Below are positions 56,871 through 64,000 of a DNA stretch of 64,000 nt, piece by piece (the first letter of the stretch is position 1; each line of letters begins with the position of its first letter). The notes under the pieces were generated by a model. That model was not told the origin of the DNA and did no database searches. It worked only from the letters and a program-made list of their open reading frames with translations. The DNA comes from Candidatus Bathyarchaeia archaeon (lineage in GTDB: Archaea > Thermoproteota > Bathyarchaeia > Bathyarchaeales > Bathycorpusculaceae): positions 62,392 through 126,391 of the forward strand of contig JAVZLH010000002.1 in NCBI GenBank assembly GCA_038883855.1. The letters run 5' to 3'. The translations under genes and the position numbers were made by a program.

Positions 56871-58991
56871 ATGCCTATCCAAAACATAAATTCGAAGCCA
56901 TTAATCCTCCTGTTCACAGTGCTATCCCTTCAAGTTACATCATACATTATAGTACTTCTTGATATCCCAGTCGCTAGACAAGTTCTCCTTTTCGCTTACT
57001 TCACGTTTGTTCCAGGATATTTGATCGTTAAGCTGCTTAAATTTAGTTTTGAGCCTTTAGAGGTTTTGGTTTTCTCGGTTGGGTTCAGCGTCGCTTTCCT
57101 TATGCTTATTGGGCTTGCCTTGAACGAGTTAGGCTTTATAGCTGGATTATCACAGCCTTTATCAACAGTTCCCTTGCTTATTGCTTTAAACAATGTTATT
57201 CTGGCAATAACAATACTCGCCTATCTGAGAAGCGAAACGACCGACTTGCCACATTTTTCTCTTAGCTCAGTAAAGTGGGCTGTGCCTCTTTTGATTCCAC
57301 TTGTCTTAAGTGTTGTTGGCGCCATGTTTGTTGGCGTTCATGGCAATAATAGTTTGCTTTTGGTTATGATTTTGGTTATTTCTTCAGTTGCAGCGTTTTT
57401 AACTTTGAAAAGCGAAGTGCCATCAATTGTGTACACCTTTGCAGTGTTTATTATTGGTGTTTCGCTTCTTTTCCACTCCTTGCTGATATCAAGGTACATA
57501 ACCACGTTTGGGTCTGATGTGTCGCTTGAACATTTTGTTTTCAAGAAAACATTGGAAAACGGATTTTGGAATTTAATCCCTCCAGCTTATTGGCATACTG
57601 GATTAGGAAGGTTGAATGGCATGCTTAGCATAACTATTCTTCCAACGATTTATTCGAATATTTTAAGTTTGGATTCGACTTGGGTCTTTAAGTTAGTGTT
57701 TCCATTGATCTTCGTCTTTGTCCCCTTATGTTTGTACCAGTTGTGGAAGAAGAGTTTTGGTGGAAAGTGGGCTTTTGTTTCAACCTTCTTTTTTGTGGCG
57801 ACTGCCACATTTTATACAGAGTTGCTTGGGTTAAATAGGCAGATGATTGCAGAGTTATTTTTTGTGTTATTGCTTTTTGTTCTGTTAGATAAGCAGATGA
57901 CTCGTCTTCAAAGGATGTTCTCTTTTACCATTTTTGGTTTTGGTTTGGTTGTTTCACATTATGGGCTTGCAGAGATTTTTCTTTTCATGATAGTTTTTGC
58001 TTTGGTTTACCTGCTTGTGTTTAAAAGGCGGAGTAGTAGTTTAACTGTGGGTATGGTTGTTTTATTTTTTGTAGTTATGTTTACTTGGTATATTTACACG
58101 TCGAGGGCCTCTATTTTTGAAAGTTTCTTGGATTATGGTGAATATGTTTATCGACAGTTGGGGGAATTTTTTAATCTTGAATCCAGGGGAGAAACTGTTC
58201 TGCGCGGCTTGGGTTTGGAGAACCCCCCCACTATTTGGAATGCGATAAGTAGATTTTTTGCTTATGCAACAGAGTTTTTAATTGTTGCTGGTTTTGTTAG
58301 CCTTCTGTTTAGGAGAAAAAACGTTGACGTAGGAACAGAAAATTTTATCCTAATATCTGAGGCGATGGGGTTGCTTGCCGCGCTTATAATTGTGCCAGGG
58401 TTGGCGAGTACTATGAATATGACAAGATTTTATCATGTATTATTATTCTTCTTGGCGCCTTTATGCATGTTAGGTGCGAGGTTTTTGGCAGAGGGGATAT
58501 TAAAGCAGAAAAGCGCGATTAGTGTTTCCATTTTGCTTTTGCTTGTTTTAATACCCTATTTTCTGTTTCAATCAAGCTTTGTTTATGAAATAGTTAAGGC
58601 GGATAGCTGGTCCGTTCCTCTCTCTGGTTATAGAATGCCCAGATATCGGCTATATTTTGGCTGCGGGTTTACGGATGGCTGGAGTGTTTCTTCTGCAACT
58701 TGGATTTACGGTAATGTTAATGTAGAGAGTATAAGGATATATGGTGATAGTGCGTCGTATGAAAACACATTGCGTACTTACGGAGTCATTTGCGAAGGGT
58801 ACATTTATCAACTTTCTAATGTTTCTCTTGTGTCGGAAAATGGAATTGTTTATTTGAATTCATTGAATGTATTAGACGGAAAAGTTATAGCAGGGTCGTA
58901 TGTCTGCAACTCTACTGAACTTTATTTTTTGAACGACATGCATTTAGTATATTCTAGCGGAGGAAGTGAAATCTACAAAAATGTTTCATGA
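56871..58991 (+). CDS. DUF2206-family multi-pass membrane protein (possible GT-C fold)
   Basis: Many TM helices; FVPG, GSDVSLE, MLS.TILP, RQMIAELF, SHY, RFYH motifs. Confidence 0.75.
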   Translation: MPIQNINSKPLILLFTVLSLQVTSYIIVLLDIPVARQVLLFAYFTFVPGYLIVKLLKFSFEPLEVLVFSVGFSVAFLMLIGLALNELGFIAGLSQPLSTVPLLIALNNVILAITILAYLRSETTDLPHFSLSSVKWAVPLLIPLVLSVVGAMFVGVHGNNSLLLVMILVISSVAAFLTLKSEVPSIVYTFAVFIIGVSLLFHSLLISRYITTFGSDVSLEHFVFKKTLENGFWNLIPPAYWHTGLGRLNGMLSITILPTIYSNILSLDSTWVFKLVFPLIFVFVPLCLYQLWKKSFGGKWAFVSTFFFVATATFYTELLGLNRQMIAELFFVLLLFVLLDKQMTRLQRMFSFTIFGFGLVVSHYGLAEIFLFMIVFALVYLLVFKRRSSSLTVGMVVLFFVVMFTWYIYTSRASIFESFLDYGEYVYRQLGEFFNLESRGETVLRGLGLENPPTIWNAISRFFAYATEFLIVAGFVSLLFRRKNVDVGTENFILISEAMGLLAALIIVPGLASTMNMTRFYHVLLFFLAPLCMLGARFLAEGILKQKSAISVSILLLLVLIPYFLFQSSFVYEIVKADSWSVPLSGYRMPRYRLYFGCGFTDGWSVSSATWIYGNVNVESIRIYGDSASYENTLRTYGVICEGYIYQLSNVSLVSENGIVYLNSLNVLDGKVIAGSYVCNSTELYFLNDMHLVYSSGGSEIYKNVS

Positions 58992-59013
58992 TTACTTAAT
59001 TTGATGGATATAT

Positions 59014-59989
59014 GTGGTGGAGAGTTTGTACAACAAGTTGATTATAAGATTTCGATTTGTAATTGAAATTATAAGAAACGTGAAGAACTGGCCTTTATTA
59101 CTGTTATTTTTTACAGGGATCAGACAAAATGTCACGCTAACGTTTAGAAACGGTATTGCTGTAAAAATAGCTAAGTCTAAAATTAATCTAGTTTATTGTT
59201 TGATTAAGATACACTCACTTGCTAAGGTTATAACTAAACACAACAACATATGTAGGTTGGTATTGAATAATTCAGAAGAGGTGGAATTTTCCCTAGATAA
59301 TGAATTCAGCATCTATAGAGCTTACGTGCTTTCATGTTTACATAAAAAATTGAATATAAAATTCTACCAGAATTTCTGCGAATTTTACTTTCAAGGGAAA
59401 AAATAAAATATTTTTATGATCCGAAGGACTTTTCATCCATTGCCAATCTCTGCATGACTTTCGTTAATGAACAATATAGTGCCTTAAATGTCAAAGGTAA
59501 AGTTGTTGCTGATGTCGGTGCAAGCTATGGTGATACAACTATATACTTCGCTTTAAAGGGTGCCAGAAAAGTTTACGCGTATGAACCAATTCCTTGGGTT
59601 GTTAAATTGCTTAAGAAAAATATCAAATATAATCATCTTACAGAAATTGTGGAAATTCGCCCTTATGCAGTTTCATCCACTGACGGTAAGGCTAGGATTA
59701 CAATACCAAAAGTTGCAACTGATGCTGCAAGTCTGAAATATACTTCTAAAGAAAACGATGTTACACAAGTTTTTGTTAAGACTGTGACTCTACCTGTGGA
59801 TGTTGAAGTTGTTAAGCAGACTGTGAAGGATGCGAATATGATATTGTATTGGATTGGTTGAAAAGTAAGCTTTACGATGAAATGGTAATAGAATATCATG
59901 AAGATTACAAGTTACTCGAAAGGAAGCTAAGGAAATTAGGCTACAGAGTGAAAATTCAATGTGGTAAGCACTTATTATTTGCCAAATGA
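59014..59989 (+). pseudogene. FkbM-family SAM methyltransferase split by two frameshifts
   Basis: DVGASYGD, VYAYEP; one base missing at the A6 run 59398-59403 and near 59817, where K.DCEGCEY...IEYH continues in another frame to TGA 59989. Confidence 0.8.
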
Positions 59990-60222
59990 TTTCTTTAAGT
60001 TATGAGATGATGCTTAATAATTATCTCAACACGATTAAATTGGACATAAGAAGAAATTCGCAGCAATCAATGTGAAAAACGTATCAGTGAGCGGGGACCA
60101 CAAGAAATTCATTCACTCGGCCATAAAGTAATAGATGCCACAGAACTCCTCAGAACACTTGAACTATAAAAATAACTTAATGATTAATCAATTATTATGT
60201 CTAAGCATAAAGCAGTCTTATA

Positions 60223-61296
60223 TCAGCACTTATAGATAAAACGTTTTCCCAAGGACATCTGTTCGAACTTTTTCCAACCTATCCAATTGAACTTTTCTGT
60301 TAATAGTTTTCTGTGAAGGTGTACTGATCGAAGTCTCTCAACAAAAAGCCTGATAATAATCAACATATCTTTAACCGCATTTAAGCAACTTACTCTCCTT
60401 TCCCTGACACTCCACATTTCTTGATCGATAACCCTTCTAAGAAAATGCATAAGCACAAAGGGCCAATTGCGTCTAGGTGTGACTTTTAACTGTAGAATAT
60501 GATAGTTAACTAGATGCATTCTAACAGAATCTTCATCGCTTCTATTTGGATCAGTGCTCCTTCCACCCTTATGCAAGGTTCTTACAACCGGTGCAAACAA
60601 CAATTTATAACCCGCAATAGTCATTCTCCATCCAAGGTCAACCTCTTCATAACCAAAGTTAAAAGTGTTATCAAAACCGCCAACTTCGTGGAAAACTTCC
60701 TTCTTAACAATCATAAACGCACCTCGCAAAGACGGCAATTCTTCAACATAAAGATCTTGCAGAGAAGCAACATTTTGCCCAGCCGCCCTTGAATATGGAA
60801 CATAAAGAAACCCCTCGCTGTTAAGTCTCACAAAATCACCTGCAGAATCAACTTTTTCAGGTTCTGCAAGTTTGAGAATTAATGGCTGAACACCATCACA
60901 CATTCCATTTTCGAGATATCGAATTAAAATTTCAATGTCGTCTAAAGCAACAACATCATCATCGGCGAATATTAGATTAGATGATTCTGCCAACGTAGTC
61001 CCTATATTTCGTCCATAAGCAGCCCCTAAGTCTTTCTCCATCAGCACAATCTTTACATTTCTTAAATTATTAAGCTGATTTATGTAGTATAGTAGATGTT
61101 TTTCAACGTTTTCTTTTCTTTGTCGAGGAATCACGGTTACTATTATAACTTCAAATTCAAAGGAAAACACCCTCATAGAATCCAATAATCTTCCTATATT
61201 TTCGGTAGGAAAAGATTCAGTGACCACGATAATGCTTGCGCGTGGAACACTTATTCTATCCTTTTTTAACTTGATAATTTTCAATTTACATCCCAA
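60223..61296 (-). CDS. GT2 glycosyltransferase
   Basis: GAAYGRN, ADDD, GAFM, GGFD, YEEVDLGWR, H.GG. Confidence 0.88.
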   Translation of the reverse strand: MGCKLKIIKLKKDRISVPRASIIVVTESFPTENIGRLLDSMRVFSFEFEVIIVTVIPRQRKENVEKHLLYYINQLNNLRNVKIVLMEKDLGAAYGRNIGTTLAESSNLIFADDDVVALDDIEILIRYLENGMCDGVQPLILKLAEPEKVDSAGDFVRLNSEGFLYVPYSRAAGQNVASLQDLYVEELPSLRGAFMIVKKEVFHEVGGFDNTFNFGYEEVDLGWRMTIAGYKLLFAPVVRTLHKGGRSTDPNRSDEDSVRMHLVNYHILQLKVTPRRNWPFVLMHFLRRVIDQEMWSVRERRVSCLNAVKDMLIIIRLFVERLRSVHLHRKLLTEKFNWIGWKKFEQMSLGKRFIYKC

Positions 61297-61322
61297 AATT
61301 ATATTTTGTCAGAAATGTACTT

Positions 61323-62111
61323 ATGGTTAACGTGGTAAAAATGAGTCGTGCAATAAAAAGTCTAAATAAACAGCTTAAATTTAAGTTGCATGCGGTATTT
61401 GGAAAATGGTATTTGAATCACCTTAATTTAGACAAGAAGGACTTAATTGATTTCGCTTTTCTACAACAAAGGTTCTCGTCTTTTGCTGATTTGGGTGGGG
61501 TTTGGGGCGTGGATGGCGCGTATACTTTTTACACACTTGACAACAAAAAGGTTACAGCAGCTTATTTGGTCGATACAGACCTTACAAATAAAGTTATTGA
61601 GTAGAGTCGCAAACACACCAATTTAAAACTAATCCGCGGTAATTTTGGTGATAAGGCAATTATGACCAATATAGGAAACGTGGATGCCATTTACCTTTTT
61701 GATGTTTTATTGCACCAAGTGAAGCCCAACTGGATGAAATCATAGAAATGTACGCCCCTTCCACCAGATGTTTCCTCATTTTTAATCTGCAGTTCAAATC
61801 AGACAAAACTGTTAGACTTATAGATCTAGGAATCAATGAATATTTCAAAAATGTTCCCCATAGTAGAATGAACCTTTATATAAGCAATGGGTGCGAAAAT
61901 GTGCGAGGTTCATCCACACCATAAGAGGATTTGGAGAGATATTCACAATGTTTGGCAATGGGGCATTACTGATGATGATTTGATCGCAAAAATGAAAAGT
62001 TTAGGCTTCGTTTTGTACTACTACAAGAACTGTGGGATTTATCATCTTTTTATTTCATCCAAAAAATTTGAAAATCATGCTTTCATGTTTATAAAAGAAG
62101 CTTCAATCTAA
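61323..62111 (+). pseudogene. Class I SAM-dependent methyltransferase-like gene, disrupted
   Basis: FADLGGVWGVDG; in-frame TAG at 61602-61604, continues ...VDAIYLFDVLLHQVKPNW, then frameshifts; ends WQWGITD...FENHAF. Confidence 0.7.
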
Positions 62112-62168
62112 TTTTTATCAAATTCGTATACAATTTTCTAGTAAACAAACTAGTAGAGAGATTGAAAA

Positions 62169-63080
62169 TTGAAAAACTTCGATGCCTACCCGAAAGTATC
62201 CGTAATCATTTTGAATTATATCAGACCAAAAGAAACAATAGAGTGCGTCCAATCAGTCTTGAAATCGGACTATCCAAATCTCGAAGTGGTTGTTGTTGAC
62301 AACTCTTCAAATGATCCGCAATTTAATTTCCTCCAAAAGAAATTGAATCCACTGAATGTGCTACTTATCAAAACGCGGAGTAATTTAGGATATGCTGGAG
62401 GCAATAATTTCGGCATTCGTCACTCAACCGGAGAATATATTTTCATATTAAATGATGACGTAATAATTGACAGTAATTTAATAAATGGACTTGTTAAAAT
62501 CGCCCAAAAGTATGCAACCATTGGAATAATAGGGCCTGTCATTTATCGGTATGGATCGAACGATGTATGGTTTTACTCACAAAATATCAAGTATAAAACT
62601 AGCGAAGTGTTGGATGTCCCCATCGTTGTGGGTTCAGCATTGATGATAAAAAGAGAAGTCATTTACAAAATTGGGCTTTTAGACGAAAACTTTTTTATGT
62701 ATCATGAAGAATTGGACTGGTGCATCCGAGCGAGGAAGGCTGGATATAGAACAGTATGCGCTACAAAACTTAAAGCATGGCACAAAGTTCCAGAGGATGA
62801 AACAATCAAAGATTACTCGCCATATAAGGCGTATTTCTTTCACAGAAACTTTTTCTTAATTGCAAGGAAGCACTGTAAAAATATAAGAACCGCTTTTAAA
62901 TTCTTGTTCAAACATCTTGTCTATTATGGAGGTCATAGTTTTCCATGCTATTTTGTGGTTGATGCCCTTAGAAAAATGAAAATCGATGCTCTTAGGGCTT
63001 ATCTAAGGGCATATTTTGATGGCATAATTTTTTTCCTAAAGTTTCGATTGAAATGTCCTGATTATATAAGTTACAGATAA
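62169..63080 (+). CDS. GT2 glycosyltransferase (rhamnosyltransferase-like)
   Basis: VIILNY, VVDNSS, NLGYAGGNN, LNDD, GSALMI, FFMYHEELDWC. Confidence 0.92.
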   Translation: MKNFDAYPKVSVIILNYIRPKETIECVQSVLKSDYPNLEVVVVDNSSNDPQFNFLQKKLNPLNVLLIKTRSNLGYAGGNNFGIRHSTGEYIFILNDDVIIDSNLINGLVKIAQKYATIGIIGPVIYRYGSNDVWFYSQNIKYKTSEVLDVPIVVGSALMIKREVIYKIGLLDENFFMYHEELDWCIRARKAGYRTVCATKLKAWHKVPEDETIKDYSPYKAYFFHRNFFLIARKHCKNIRTAFKFLFKHLVYYGGHSFPCYFVVDALRKMKIDALRAYLRAYFDGIIFFLKFRLKCPDYISYR

Positions 63081-63110
63081 GCGTACATCCCTCTAGTATA
63101 GGCGTTTAAA

Positions 63111-64000
63111 ATGAAACCTAAAGTGTCAATCCTCTGGGTAAATTATAATAGCTTAAGCTTCATAGATCTTACCCTAGAATCTTTACGAGCCGTTAAAAAT
63201 TTGGATTACCCAAATTATGAGCTTATCATAGTTGACAACAACTCCACCGATGAAAGCTTTGAACGAATCCAGAAATTCGTAAAAGAAAATAGCATTAACA
63301 GCAAATTGATTCGGCTCAGGAAAAATTTGGGGTTTACAGGCGGAAACAATGCTGCATATGCCGCCAGAGACTCAAACAGTAAATACGTTGTCCTATTAAA
63401 CAATGATGCTGTTCCAAGAAAAAACAGCCTAAGCCAACTTGTTGAAATCATGGAAAACGATAAACAATTAGGCGCAGCCCAAGGCATAATACTAAACTAC
63501 AACGAAAAAACCGTGGACACAGCAGGCGACTTTATCAGCGAATTACTGGAAACGCACACGCTTTTACAAGGCGAAAAGCCCAAAATTTACGAAAAACCAA
63601 TTCTTGTAACTTTCGCGAATGCTGCTTACTCCATATTCAGAGTTGAAACAATTAAAAAAATACATAAAGAGAAAAATAGGATGTTTGACGACTTATTCGC
63701 CTGTTTTGACGATCAACTGCTTGGATTAAGAATTTGGAACGCAGGGTACAAAATCAAAGCATTTCCAATAATAACAGCAAAGCACAATAGGGGATCATCC
63801 TTCAAAAAAGTGAAACCCATACAATTATATCTAATTTTCAGAAACGTCCTGCTAGTAAACGAAATATCCAACAGCAGATACAAAAACCTAATTAAATTAC
63901 TCTATCTTCGGCAACTATTAGGATGGTTTATTTCAAAAATTTTTGGTTTAATAAACGACCCAGAATATAAAAAACTTCCCGCATTACTTTTAAAAGGTTT
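63111..64000 (+). CDS. GT2 glycosyltransferase, 3'-truncated by window edge
   Basis: MKPKVSILWVNYN, VDNNSTD, NLGFTGGNN, LNNDA; open to the window end. Confidence 0.88.
   Translation, partial: MKPKVSILWVNYNSLSFIDLTLESLRAVKNLDYPNYELIIVDNNSTDESFERIQKFVKENSINSKLIRLRKNLGFTGGNNAAYAARDSNSKYVVLLNNDAVPRKNSLSQLVEIMENDKQLGAAQGIILNYNEKTVDTAGDFISELLETHTLLQGEKPKIYEKPILVTFANAAYSIFRVETIKKIHKEKNRMFDDLFACFDDQLLGLRIWNAGYKIKAFPIITAKHNRGSSFKKVKPIQLYLIFRNVLLVNEISNSRYKNLIKLLYLRQLLGWFISKIFGLINDPEYKKLPALLLKG

Noticed and set aside
59398-59403. Homopolymer phase-variation switch in the FkbM gene
   Set aside because: The run is only A6 and a second independent frameshift would keep the gene broken
61602-61604. In-frame TAG as possible pyrrolysine readthrough
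   Set aside because: The gene also has downstream frameshifts and no pyl genes are in view; pseudogenisation is simpler
1-64000. tRNA, rRNA, CRISPR arrays, transposases, integrases
   Set aside because: None recognised by eye; GTTCAAATC-like hits near 26472 and 61792 lie inside coding relics without cloverleaf context. A tRNAscan-SE/Infernal run would be needed to exclude intron-containing or split RNAs

Overview
Archaeal chromosomal window. Gene content and order (tfe, aMBF1, NAC, Trm56, archaeal ThrRS/ProRS, EndoQ, tungsten AOR/FOR enzymes, DUF1616/DUF2206) point to a TACK archaeon, most plausibly Bathyarchaeia (inference). 1-37.5 kb is mostly housekeeping and amino-acid/peptide metabolism, with a SerB-SerA fusion, a 5-domain pilin-like surface protein and several decayed gene relics (RadA N-terminus, ATP-NAD kinase family, tdh-kbl). 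37.5-43.5 kb is the best candidate for an undescribed system: a tightly coupled minus-strand operon of a NurA-like nuclease with a winged-helix insert, a HerA-like ATPase, a small wHTH, a half-size GT4 and a full GT4 glycosyltransferase, with no adjacent mre11/rad50. 45.7-64 kb is a wHTH regulator cassette followed by a surface-glycan/EPS island (six GT2s, two Gfo/Idh/MocA enzymes, a PP-loop ATPase, a beta-helix protein, DUF1616, DUF2206, two broken methyltransferases). No rRNA, tRNA, CRISPR array or transposase was recognised. All family calls are from reading motifs by eye; no database search was run.
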